Shown here: piece after piece, positions 24,048-33,573 of the stretch
Position numbering within the stretch: position 1 is the first letter of the stretch
Layout of the letters: each line of letters starts with the position of its first letter
Virus record (IMG/VR): IMGVR_UViG_3300048672_000495
Span: 1 to 55,126 of that record
Strand: one strand, 5' to 3'
Source: a virus
Taxonomy: Duplodnaviria; Caudoviricetes
DNA length: 55,126 nt
Program-made: the position numbers and the translations under genes
The notes under the pieces: generated by a model
What the model was told of the DNA's origin: nothing
Seen by the model: the letters and a program-made list of their open reading frames with translations, nothing else
The model's database searches: none

Positions 24048-24277
24048 TGCGTTTCCTCGTTTGATGCCTTTATTCTACAGCATGTGCGCGACTGTACAAG
24101 TACTATTACAAACTGTTACATCTCTGGTGGTAATAGACTATGCCTATGAGGGGGGGTTATCTGACTGATTGTTACATATGGCCACGTGCACCCACCAACA
24201 CGGCCTACATCCAATATTTTCTGAAAAACATTACGGTGCCAATTTACGGTGTCAAGGCACCTAACCAAAATCCACAC

Positions 24278-24306
24278 TTGCGCTAATATCCTCACCGTGA
24301 TATAAT
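24278..24306 (+). promoter_or_regulatory. promoter of packaging operon
   Basis: TTGCGC-17-TATAAT. Confidence 0.65.
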
Positions 24307-24334
24307 TACTGCATCACACAACTATGTAACCACG

Positions 24335-25522
24335 ATGTACAAACCAAATGAGAAATTAAATGCTTTATTCGCGAAGGCTAGAAATTATAGAAAAAATACG
24401 CGTTTTGATAGAGCCTTGGAATATTACAATAGAGTACTAGGTTTACAAAAATGTAAAGAAGCATATCAAGAAATAGGATTAATTTACGTAGAGTTACATG
24501 ATTTAGATAAAGCTAAAGAATACTTCAATAAAGCTAATGATTCTAATATACCATATTTAAATGGAAAACATGTATCAAATGATCCTACATGCATACATAA
24601 TTTAGCTAGTATTGAATATATAATGTTCAATGATATAGAAGCTATGCGATTATACAAAATTGCGTATTCATTAGATCACAACAACTATGCTGCACTTTTA
24701 GGGTATGGTCAGAGTGGGATCAGACGATATTGTGAAGGTGATACTTCTATTGATCTTAAACAGATGTGGAAATATTACACATATAGGTTTATGGAGGGAG
24801 ATTTAACAATCTATCGCCCACACGATCTCTGGGATGGAATTACACCACACTTATCAGAAAGTATAGTCGTACTTCGCGATCAGGGTCAAGGTGATGCACT
24901 AATGTTTAGCAGATACTTACCTGAGCTACAAAAATACTTTAAAAAGATATATATGCAGGTAGCTCCTGAATTGGAGTGTTTATACGAAAATATATATGAT
25001 GCCAATAGTGATTGTAAATATGCTATACCAATTGGTAATTTACCCCAGTTATTAGATTATATTCCTGCTGGAGATTGGCTTGCTAATAGAAATATATATG
25101 AAAAGCATGATGGACTAAGAGTAGGTTGTGTATGGGGTGGTAATAATTTACACAAGAACCATAGTGATAGAGCCTGTCCTCCCTCATACTTTGATAATTT
25201 AGAATATGATAAATATAGTTTCGTACCTAGAGTTGGATATACGTTTTTGGAATGGAAAAACTGGGATGATACTATATATTGGTTAAATAAGTTAGACGTA
25301 GTTGTAACTGTTGACACTTCAATGGTACATATGTGTGGCTGTTTAGGTAAACCTTGTATCATGATAATGCCACTCATAAGTGGTGATTTCAGGTGGGGAC
25401 GCTCGGATAAAACTATTTGGTACTCAAGTGTTAATATTGTACATAATAATGATAGTTGGTCAGAAGCATTTAAAGAAGTAAGAAAGAGACTAGATGAATT
25501 TGCCAGTAAACACACCAGTTGA
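24335..25522 (+). CDS. TPR-repeat + GT-B (GT9-like) glycosyltransferase
   Basis: N-terminal TPRs; DQGQGDALMFSRY, GCVWGGN, LDVVVTVDTSMVHMCGCLGKP..DFRWG. Confidence 0.8.
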   Translation: MYKPNEKLNALFAKARNYRKNTRFDRALEYYNRVLGLQKCKEAYQEIGLIYVELHDLDKAKEYFNKANDSNIPYLNGKHVSNDPTCIHNLASIEYIMFNDIEAMRLYKIAYSLDHNNYAALLGYGQSGIRRYCEGDTSIDLKQMWKYYTYRFMEGDLTIYRPHDLWDGITPHLSESIVVLRDQGQGDALMFSRYLPELQKYFKKIYMQVAPELECLYENIYDANSDCKYAIPIGNLPQLLDYIPAGDWLANRNIYEKHDGLRVGCVWGGNNLHKNHSDRACPPSYFDNLEYDKYSFVPRVGYTFLEWKNWDDTIYWLNKLDVVVTVDTSMVHMCGCLGKPCIMIMPLISGDFRWGRSDKTIWYSSVNIVHNNDSWSEAFKEVRKRLDEFASKHTS

Positions 25523-25961
25523 AGTATTAGATATTTCACCAGAAGCACTAGAAGTTGCAAATTGCTACTTACAGACACAAAATTTAGACGCTGTTGCTAG
25601 TGAACTAGATATATCAAAAGAGTTAGTTACTCAAATTTTGTCGAAGAAAGAAGTAAAATCATATATAGATCATGTATTCTTTAATCTAGGATTTAATAAT
25701 AGATTCAAGATGCGTGCTGCGATGGATGCTATTATAAAGAAGAAGTTTCAGGAGCTAGAAGAAAGTGAAATGGGCTCAACTAAGGACATTGCAGAACTAT
25801 TAGCTTTAAGTCATAAAATGACAATGGATGAAATGAGTAGACAGATTGAGCTTGAGAAACTACAACAAGCAAATATAAAGAACCAAGTTAACGTACAGAT
25901 TAACGATGGTGGAACTAAATATAACACATTGATAGAAAAGTTGTTAAGCGGAGACATATGA
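25494..25961 (+). CDS. terS: terminase small subunit (T5-like)
   Basis: ISPEALEVANCYLQ..EVKSYIDHVF..GFNNR..STKDI..QIN; position near TerL. Confidence 0.8.
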   Translation: MNLPVNTPVEVLDISPEALEVANCYLQTQNLDAVASELDISKELVTQILSKKEVKSYIDHVFFNLGFNNRFKMRAAMDAIIKKKFQELEESEMGSTKDIAELLALSHKMTMDEMSRQIELEKLQQANIKNQVNVQINDGGTKYNTLIEKLLSGDI

Positions 25962-27160
25962 TAACTGAAGAAAACTATAAACTATTTCAACGTGGGCTAA
26001 AGTATTGTGAGAAGAACCCAGATAAGGCTATACCACTACTAAAACAGTTCTTAAAGGAGTGTGATTGTAAAGAGGCATGGTTAAACCTAGCAGTAGCATA
26101 TAAGCATAAAGGTAATTTAAAAGTAGCTGGAGAGTGCCTACTAAAAGCTAATGATGAAAAAATACCATACAGTGATGGCACATTTGCTAAAGCGTATCCT
26201 ACTGCATTGAATAACCTAGGACTAATTGCTCATAGCTTGGAAGATGATGCTACGGCTGAGCAGTTTTATAAGGCTTGCCTAGCTATCGAACCGTTAAATT
26301 ATGATTGCTTATGGAATCTTAGCGTAGTAAAGCTAAAGAACTATTGTAGCGATATGGGTGGTAACTTAAGCGAGTGCTGGAGGCTATACAACTATAGGTT
26401 CAAACGTACTGGAGCTGATCCACTAAAAAATGCTAAAGAAGATCTTAAGCTTTGGAATGGGCTTGATAAGGTTAAAAGTATAGTATGCTTAAGCGAACAA
26501 GGTATGGGTGACAGCATAATGTATGGTCGCTACCTTGAAAAACTAAAAGAATACTGTGACGAAGTTTGGATCCAATGTGATCCTAGCCTAAATTACATCT
26601 TCTCGGACTATAATACATGTGTTGATGTTAGGGATAGTGATGCTACTCATGGAATCCCAATCGGATCGCTAGGTAGCATAATGGACTATATACCTAGCTC
26701 ACCATGGCTTGCTGAGAAGCGAGTAGTTGAAGAACACTCAGGATTACGAATTGGATGTGTATGGGCTGGTAATAAGAAACATATTAATGATAAGAATAGA
26801 AGTATCACTCCGTTCTTTTTTAACAAATTAAGGAAACATGGCGAACTATGTACAATTGGTCCTGCAAGTGGTCCTGAACCTGGGTTTACTCATCTTGATG
26901 GTAACAGCTGGAAAGAAACTATTGAGAACCTGGGTAAGCTCGATTTAGTTATAACAGTAGATACATCTATAGCACATATGTGTGGATCATTGGGAATGCC
27001 GTGCTGGGTACTGATGCCACTAGTGGACACTGACTTTAGATGGGGTAATAGTACAATGGGGTTTAAGAATGTATGGTACCCTAGTATTAGTGTATTTAGA
27101 AATCCCGGTAACTGGATCGAAGTATTTAATAACGTTGAAAGAGCATTATGCGAAGTGTAA
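25958..27160 (+). CDS. TPR-repeat + GT-B (GT9-like) glycosyltransferase, paralog
   Basis: EQGMGDSIMYGRY, GCVWAGN, LDLVITVDTSIAHMCGSLGMP..DFRWG. Confidence 0.8.
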   Translation: MITEENYKLFQRGLKYCEKNPDKAIPLLKQFLKECDCKEAWLNLAVAYKHKGNLKVAGECLLKANDEKIPYSDGTFAKAYPTALNNLGLIAHSLEDDATAEQFYKACLAIEPLNYDCLWNLSVVKLKNYCSDMGGNLSECWRLYNYRFKRTGADPLKNAKEDLKLWNGLDKVKSIVCLSEQGMGDSIMYGRYLEKLKEYCDEVWIQCDPSLNYIFSDYNTCVDVRDSDATHGIPIGSLGSIMDYIPSSPWLAEKRVVEEHSGLRIGCVWAGNKKHINDKNRSITPFFFNKLRKHGELCTIGPASGPEPGFTHLDGNSWKETIENLGKLDLVITVDTSIAHMCGSLGMPCWVLMPLVDTDFRWGNSTMGFKNVWYPSISVFRNPGNWIEVFNNVERALCEV

Positions 27161-27855
27161 TTGGTAGGTACGGTGAAGTATGGTACTACGGTAAGGATCG
27201 CTTTATTGGTAGAGGCCTACATGCCTATGGAGAATTTAGTCACCAAGAGTGCATGAATATTTTAGCACTTGCACGGGAGGGTGATGGGGTTTGCCTTGAT
27301 ATAGGTGCTAATATGGGATGTATATCCCAAATGCTTGAGTACCATGGGATGACAGTTGTGGCCTTCGAGCCGCAGCCTGAGCTAATCAAAGTGCTAGAAA
27401 AGAACTTTAAAGGCTCTATTAAGAACTTTGCACTTGGCAGTGAAGAAAAGACTGAGGTAATGCCTAAGTATGACTATAGCTCAAATGGTAGTTTTGGTGA
27501 GGCTAGCTTAGGTACTAAAAGTGCACTAGGTAGTATTACTGTAGATGTTAAGAAACTAGATAATTTCTTCTTTGGTAAAATTGGATTCATGAAGATTGAC
27601 GTTGAAGGATATGAATTAGAAGTACTAAAGGGTGCTAGAGAGACTATTCTTAAATATAAGCCATTAATGTACATTGAAGATGACAGGGCTGAAAAAAGTC
27701 CTGCACTACATGCCTATCTAAGTGAGCTAGGATATATTTGTGAACTAGATGTAACTAAACTATATAATCCGGATAATTTCTTTAATAATTCTAAACGGAT
27801 TTGGGATAGAGATTATGTATCTCTTAATTTAATATGTAGGCCTAAGAAATGTTAA
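27148..27855 (+). CDS. FkbM-family SAM-dependent methyltransferase
   Basis: LDIGANMG, AFEPQ, MKIDVEGYELEVLKGA. Confidence 0.9.
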   Translation: MRSVIGRYGEVWYYGKDRFIGRGLHAYGEFSHQECMNILALAREGDGVCLDIGANMGCISQMLEYHGMTVVAFEPQPELIKVLEKNFKGSIKNFALGSEEKTEVMPKYDYSSNGSFGEASLGTKSALGSITVDVKKLDNFFFGKIGFMKIDVEGYELEVLKGARETILKYKPLMYIEDDRAEKSPALHAYLSELGYICELDVTKLYNPDNFFNNSKRIWDRDYVSLNLICRPKKC

Positions 27856-29132
27856 CAATTAGTCGATCAGGAATATCCGGCGATGAAATTGTTGATATTA
27901 GTCCCAAAGATAGATTTATTAAATTACCAGTAGTACCATACCTTAAGCTGCTTGGAGCATGGGATGGTATTAATGCTCCACAGATTGCATTAATAAATGC
28001 ATTAAATGATCCTAGGTATAGATTCATAACAGCAGCACTAGCTAGACGTCTTGGTAAGACGTATGTAGCTAACGTAGTTGGACAATTAGTAATGTTAGTA
28101 CCTGAAAGTAATGTACTAATTATGTCTCCTAATTTCTCACTGAGCTCAATATCATTCGAGCTTCAGCGATCATTTATTAAACATTTTGATCTTGAAATCG
28201 AACGTGATAATATGAAGGACAAGATAATTGAACTGTCTAATGCTAGTACGGTTCGCATGGGATCATTATCTACTGTAGATAGCGTGGTTGGACGTTCGTA
28301 TAATCTAATTATCTTTGATGAGGCTGCTTTAGGAGCAGATGGTCAGGAAGCTTTCGAGCGTAGCTTAAGACCGACACTAGATAGACCTGGTGCCAAAGCT
28401 GTATTTATTAGTACTCCTAGAGGTAAGAATAATTGGTTTAGTAAGTACTATGATCGTGGATTTGGTGAGCAATATCCAGATTGGTGTAGTATACATGCTG
28501 ACTGGACTGAGAATAGTCGTATGTCGGTTAGCGACGTTGAAGAAGCTAAAGCTACTATGACTAAGGCTACGTTCGAGCAGGAATACATGGCCAGCTTCGT
28601 TACGTATGAAGGCCAGATTTTTAACTTACCTAAAGAATCTATTAGAGAATATGAACCACAAGACGGTGATGAAGTAATAGCTGGACTTGATCCTGGATAT
28701 AGGGATCCTACAGCATTTGTTGTAATTATTTATAGACCTAAAGACGAGTGCTACTTTATTGTAGAGGAATATTTAGAATCAGAAAGCGTAACTGCTACTC
28801 ACGTAGATAGACTAAAAGAAATAATTAGTAAGTGGAATATAGAAACTGTATTTATAGATAGTGCAGCAGCACAGTTTGCAGCTGACTTAGCTTATACATA
28901 TGATATAGCTACTATTAAAGCAAAGAAAGATGTACTACCAGGTATTGCATTTGTTCAGTCATTAATAGAGCGTGGTAAGTTATTTGTATCTTCTGAATGT
29001 TCAGAAACATTAATAGCATTAGATCAATATCAATGGGATGTAAAACCAGGACTACAAAAAGAAAAACCAGTCCATACATTTAGTCACATACCGGATGCTA
29101 TTAGGTATGCACTATATACATATACTGTTTAG
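27849..29132 (+). CDS. terL: terminase large subunit (T5-like)
   Basis: ARRLGKT Walker A, IIFDEAA Walker B, ISTPRG, GLDPG nuclease, SHIPDAIRYALY. Confidence 0.95.
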   Translation: MLTISRSGISGDEIVDISPKDRFIKLPVVPYLKLLGAWDGINAPQIALINALNDPRYRFITAALARRLGKTYVANVVGQLVMLVPESNVLIMSPNFSLSSISFELQRSFIKHFDLEIERDNMKDKIIELSNASTVRMGSLSTVDSVVGRSYNLIIFDEAALGADGQEAFERSLRPTLDRPGAKAVFISTPRGKNNWFSKYYDRGFGEQYPDWCSIHADWTENSRMSVSDVEEAKATMTKATFEQEYMASFVTYEGQIFNLPKESIREYEPQDGDEVIAGLDPGYRDPTAFVVIIYRPKDECYFIVEEYLESESVTATHVDRLKEIISKWNIETVFIDSAAAQFAADLAYTYDIATIKAKKDVLPGIAFVQSLIERGKLFVSSECSETLIALDQYQWDVKPGLQKEKPVHTFSHIPDAIRYALYTYTV

Positions 29133-29145
29133 TATATAAATTATT

Positions 29146-29181
29146 AAAGCCCTATATGCTTCGTGCATATAGGGCTTTTTT
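29146..29181 (+). terminator. intrinsic terminator
   Basis: AAAGCCCTATATGC-TTCGT-GCATATAGGGCTTTTT. Confidence 0.85.
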
Positions 29182-29198
29182 ACTGCCTAAAAATTTAC

Positions 29199-29227
29199 TT
29201 GATTTTGTTTTACTTAAGTGCTATAAT
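29199..29227 (+). promoter_or_regulatory. promoter
   Basis: TTGATT-17-TATAAT. Confidence 0.8.
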
Positions 29228-29255
29228 TCGTGCATGGTAATTTTAGGTTAAAGAA

Positions 29256-29693
29256 ATGGCTAAGAATACAGGGAATAATCGTATACCGGTCAAATGGGTA
29301 CGAGATAAAGCTAAAGCAGCTTATGATAAAAAAGATCACTGTTATATTTGCAATTGTGAAAATGACTTAGAACTACACCATACTCACTCAATCACACTCC
29401 TACTGGAGAAGTGGTCTTATGATAAAGGTTATGATATTTCAACCGATGAAGGTATCTTAGCTGTTCGAGACGAGTTTATTGAGACGTTTCATAAGGAGAT
29501 TTATGATGACGTATTCACATTATGTAATAAACATCACGTAAAATTACATGGGGTATACGGCAAGAAACCTGCTATGCATACGGCTACTAAACAACTTACT
29601 TGGATAGAGAAGCAAAAGGAAAAATTCCTTAGTCCTACTGATGAAATAACAAAACCTAAGATTTTAGGATCTTTCTTTAGTGAATTTACGTAA
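29256..29693 (+). CDS. HNH endonuclease (T5 nicking-endonuclease-like)
   Basis: CYIC..LELHH..TLCNKHHVKLH; between TerL and portal as in T5. Confidence 0.85.
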   Translation: MAKNTGNNRIPVKWVRDKAKAAYDKKDHCYICNCENDLELHHTHSITLLLEKWSYDKGYDISTDEGILAVRDEFIETFHKEIYDDVFTLCNKHHVKLHGVYGKKPAMHTATKQLTWIEKQKEKFLSPTDEITKPKILGSFFSEFT

Positions 29694-29701
29694 GGAATAA
29701 T

Positions 29702-30883
29702 ATGTCTTGGTGGACCAATTTAAGAGAAAAATTTAATCCTGCACAAAGCTTAATTGCATACCACGAAGGTAGTAATGTAAGCTCTAGCGCAGCAGCTAGT
29801 TATAAAACATCTTTTGATAAACTAGAATCAGTTAATCGTGGTATAAATATGATAGTGAATGCATGCGCGTCACTAGATTATGACGTTAAGCTAAAAGTAG
29901 CTGATGGTAAGTTTACTGGTATAAGAAGTAAAAACTTAGTAACTATATTAAATAGTAGACCTAATCCTTATCAATCTACACTGGAATTTAGAACTAATAT
30001 GTTCACAGATTTCCTACTAGAAGGTAATGTATTCCTGTATTATGATGGTGCTTTTATATATCATCTTCCAGCAGCTAATGTTGTAATCATACCAGACGAG
30101 AAGACTTTTGTTAAGAAGTATACATATAATGGTGTTACAGATATGTACCCGGATGAGATTATACACTTTAAAGACTTAAGTGGAGAATCAATCTATAGAG
30201 GTAATAGCAGATTAAAAGCAGCAGATAGAAATATTAAGATCCTAACCAAGATGTTAGATTTCCAGGATCAATTTTTTGAGAATGGCGCAATCCCAGGATT
30301 TGTATTAGGAACTGAAAATACACTTAGCCAAGTAGCTAAAGAGAAAACTATTGCTAATTGGGTAACTAGATGGAGCCCTAAGAATGGGGCTAAGAGACCT
30401 ATGATAGTTGATAGTGGTCTGAAACCACTACAACTTTTCAACTCTAGCTTTAAGGAATTAGACTTTGATGCTAGTGTAGCTAGCATCAATGTAAAGATTT
30501 TGGAAACACTTGGAGTTCCACCAGTATTACTAGATGGTGGAAATCAAGCTAATATTTCTCCTAATCTCAGATTATTCTACTTAGAAACCGTAATGCCAAT
30601 TATTCGCAAGTACATTTCAGCAATGGAACTCCTTAGCGGATACGATATCGAAGCTATAACTAGCAATGTATCGGCACTACAACCAGAGCTAAAAGACATT
30701 GCTGCCTATCACGTAGGATTAGTAAATGGTGGAATTATTACAGCAAATGAAGCTAGAACAGAATTAAGATATGAACCAGATGCAGATCCAGAAAGTAATA
30801 AACTAAGAGTTCCTGCAAATATTGCAGGTTCTGCTACACAGCCAAATATTGGTGGAGCACCTAAGAAACCAGAACCAAAATAA
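29702..30883 (+). CDS. portal protein (HK97/T5 pb7-like)
   Basis: RPNPYQ, LLEGN, EIIHFK, FFENGAIPG, LGVPPVLL, GIITANEAR. Confidence 0.95.
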   Translation: MSWWTNLREKFNPAQSLIAYHEGSNVSSSAAASYKTSFDKLESVNRGINMIVNACASLDYDVKLKVADGKFTGIRSKNLVTILNSRPNPYQSTLEFRTNMFTDFLLEGNVFLYYDGAFIYHLPAANVVIIPDEKTFVKKYTYNGVTDMYPDEIIHFKDLSGESIYRGNSRLKAADRNIKILTKMLDFQDQFFENGAIPGFVLGTENTLSQVAKEKTIANWVTRWSPKNGAKRPMIVDSGLKPLQLFNSSFKELDFDASVASINVKILETLGVPPVLLDGGNQANISPNLRLFYLETVMPIIRKYISAMELLSGYDIEAITSNVSALQPELKDIAAYHVGLVNGGIITANEARTELRYEPDADPESNKLRVPANIAGSATQPNIGGAPKKPEPK

Positions 30884-30903
30884 TTAGCTAACAAAAATTA
30901 CAA

Positions 30904-30932
30904 TTGACTTACCCTTGCCTACATAGTATAAT
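30904..30932 (+). promoter_or_regulatory. promoter of capsid gene
   Basis: TTGACT-17-TATAAT. Confidence 0.8.
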
Positions 30933-30981
30933 GATAACTGTGTATAATTGCGAGCATAATTTTTATAAAGGAAAAATGTAG

Positions 30982-32919
30982 ATGTCTATTAAAGATAAAG
31001 TATTTCATCTTAATAGTCAGTTTACTAAGGAATTACCCACAGCTGATGAGACTATTGATAGTATTTTCATCAGCGGCTATGCTAGTGCAAATACCCCCGA
31101 TAGAGTCGGAGATGTGATACCTAGTAGTACGTGGGCTAAAGGTATGGAAAATTACCTTAAAAACCCTATTATACTGGCGTACCATGATCACGACGATCCT
31201 GTTGGTCGAATGGTTGAACATAAAGTAGACGATAAAGGTCTATGGATCAAAGCTAGAATTTCTGCAGCGGCAGAAATTTTTAATCTTGTAAAAGATAGTG
31301 TCTTAACCGCTTTCAGTGTCTCGTTCCGTGTTTTGGATGCTGAATATAATTCTGTAACGGAACTCTTTATCATTAAAGAACTTGAGCTTATCGAAATTTC
31401 AGTGGTATCCGTACCTATGAATCAAGATACTCTTTTTAGTCTTTCCAAGTCATTTGATAATGATAAGGAATATCAGTTATTCAAAACGCAATTTACACCT
31501 GACAGCGACTCAGCTAAAGGGCTAGAAACCTCCAAGGTAGTAAAAAGCACAACATCAAAGGAATTCGGAATGGATCCAAAAGAACTACAAGCTATGCTTG
31601 AAACAGCCGCTGCTAATGCCGCAAAGCAAGCCACAGAAGCTCTATTAAAATCACAAAAAGACGCTGCTGACGCAAAGGCTAAGGCTGATGCTGATGAAGC
31701 AGAAATGCAAGCACGTATTCAAAAGGCAGTTGCAGCTGTAACTCCTTCTACTACTGGTACTGAAAAGCTTTTAGCTGAGATTACTCAGCGCTTTGAAAAG
31801 CAAGCAGAAGACGGCAAGAAAACTCTTGAGGGTCTAGAAGCTGTTATCAAAGAAAAGGCTGCAGAATTAGATGCACTAGCTAAGAGCAAAATGAAATTCA
31901 CTCCTGGTGAAGGTACTGCTCCTACGTATGAAGAAAAGGAAAAAGCTTTCCTTCTAAGTAAAATGTCTGGTAAGTCTATCGAAAACACAAAATTCGGTAA
32001 AGAACTACTTGAAAAAGCAGGTGCTCACGTTGCATCGGCTACATGGGAACTAGAAGTTTCTCTAAACATGGAAGCTGAAGTTCGCCGTCGTCTAGTTGTT
32101 TCTCCTCTAGTACGTCAAGTTGGTATGCAAACTAACGTTATGACTATCCCTGTGAACCCAGAAGCTGGTTCAGCAACATGGATGGCTAACACAGCCTTCG
32201 GTACTGTAACTTCTATGGGTACGACACAAACGCACCTATTAAAGGAAATTACACTTAGTGCCTACAAGGTTGCTACGAACGAATATCTAGCATATGAAGA
32301 AGAAGAAGATTCTTTAATTATTCTTATGCCTATCGTTCGCGACGCTATGATTCGTCGTGTTGCACGTGCTGTTGACCAAGCTTTCCTACGTGGAACTGGT
32401 TCCGGTGCTGATCCTGTTAAGGGTCTGTTAACTTATGACGCAACGTCTGCTGAAACTATCACTACTGCTGCTGCTAAGGCAACCGTAGCTAACCTACGTA
32501 ATCTACGTAAGGACTTAGGTGCATGGGGTCTTGATCCTGCTGAAGTAGTTTTCGTTGTATCAACCGATGTTTACTACGATCTTCTAGATGATACTACATT
32601 CCAGACAATGGATAAGGTTGGAACTAAGGCTACTATCCTTACCGGTCAAATCGGTATGGCAGGTGGATCACCAGTTCTAGTATCTGCAGAATTCCCAGCT
32701 AAGGCTACTGGTACAAGTTCAGCTACAACTAACTATTGTGGTCTAGCACTTGCAGCAGGTAACTTCCTAGTTGGTAACCAACGTGGTCTGCGTTTCGATA
32801 CGCAAGATCTAGTAGAAACTCAACGTAAAGTACTGGTAGCTTCACTGCGTACTGGTCTTACTCAAGTTACTACAAACTTAGGTCAAGGTGTTTCAGCTCT
32901 ACGCTGGCTGAACGCTTAA
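30982..32919 (+). CDS. prohead protease - major capsid protein (single ORF)
   Basis: N-terminal HK97-type protease (GYAS..DRVGD, YHDH..PVGR, FSVSF, EISVVSVP) followed by coiled delta domain and HK97-fold MCP; internal ATG 31570. Confidence 0.92.
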   Translation: MSIKDKVFHLNSQFTKELPTADETIDSIFISGYASANTPDRVGDVIPSSTWAKGMENYLKNPIILAYHDHDDPVGRMVEHKVDDKGLWIKARISAAAEIFNLVKDSVLTAFSVSFRVLDAEYNSVTELFIIKELELIEISVVSVPMNQDTLFSLSKSFDNDKEYQLFKTQFTPDSDSAKGLETSKVVKSTTSKEFGMDPKELQAMLETAAANAAKQATEALLKSQKDAADAKAKADADEAEMQARIQKAVAAVTPSTTGTEKLLAEITQRFEKQAEDGKKTLEGLEAVIKEKAAELDALAKSKMKFTPGEGTAPTYEEKEKAFLLSKMSGKSIENTKFGKELLEKAGAHVASATWELEVSLNMEAEVRRRLVVSPLVRQVGMQTNVMTIPVNPEAGSATWMANTAFGTVTSMGTTQTHLLKEITLSAYKVATNEYLAYEEEEDSLIILMPIVRDAMIRRVARAVDQAFLRGTGSGADPVKGLLTYDATSAETITTAAAKATVANLRNLRKDLGAWGLDPAEVVFVVSTDVYYDLLDDTTFQTMDKVGTKATILTGQIGMAGGSPVLVSAEFPAKATGTSSATTNYCGLALAAGNFLVGNQRGLRFDTQDLVETQRKVLVASLRTGLTQVTTNLGQGVSALRWLNA

Positions 32920-32924
32920 TCTTG

Positions 32925-32950
32925 AAGATAGGGCTTCGGCCCTATCTTTT
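32925..32950 (+). terminator. intrinsic terminator
   Basis: AAGATAGGGC-TTCG-GCCCTATCTTTT. Confidence 0.85.
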
Positions 32951-32994
32951 CTAAGAGTTTACAAAATTCTTAGAAAAGATAATAAGGAAAATAA

Positions 32995-33573
32995 ATGGCA
33001 ACTGATTTAGTAACTAAGGCGGAATACAAAGCGTATGCTGGAATTACTAGCGATACGCAAGATGCTATTATTACTGCAACTATTCCAAAAGTTAGTCAAT
33101 TAGTAAAAACTCTTTGTCGTAGAACTTTTGTAGACTATATAAGTGATGCTAAAACTGAAGTATATAGTGGTGGACGAGGTTCTAAATTATTCTTAACGGA
33201 ATATCCAATATTATCAGTATCTGGTGTAGAACTTAGCACAGATTATGGAGCTAATTATACTAGTTTAGTAGAATATACTGATTATGTTTTAGATTTAGAA
33301 GATGGCTCAATAGTTGCAGTTGGTATTGATGCAGTATTTCCTAAATATATAAATGGTTATAAGATTAGTTATACAGCAGGATATGAAGTACTCCCTGAAG
33401 ACTTAAAGGTAGCAGTACTAGATTTAGTTACATACTATATTAAAAATGATGGTAGTGTACATAGTCCAAAAGCTCCTGGTACAAATACAGTACAGATAGA
33501 ATATATCACTACTACAAATCTACCAGCACATATTAAACGCGTATTAGATTTATATACTGGAAGTTTCGATTAA
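32995..33573 (+). CDS. head completion / head-tail connector
   Basis: Position after MCP; YTAGY..PEDLKVAVLDLV..PAHIKRVLDLY. Confidence 0.8.
   Translation: MATDLVTKAEYKAYAGITSDTQDAIITATIPKVSQLVKTLCRRTFVDYISDAKTEVYSGGRGSKLFLTEYPILSVSGVELSTDYGANYTSLVEYTDYVLDLEDGSIVAVGIDAVFPKYINGYKISYTAGYEVLPEDLKVAVLDLVTYYIKNDGSVHSPKAPGTNTVQIEYITTTNLPAHIKRVLDLYTGSFD

Noticed and set aside
17825-24120. CRISPR array from recurring TTACA/TTGAC repeats
   Set aside because: Repeats are dispersed between genes with irregular kb-scale spacing; no cas genes
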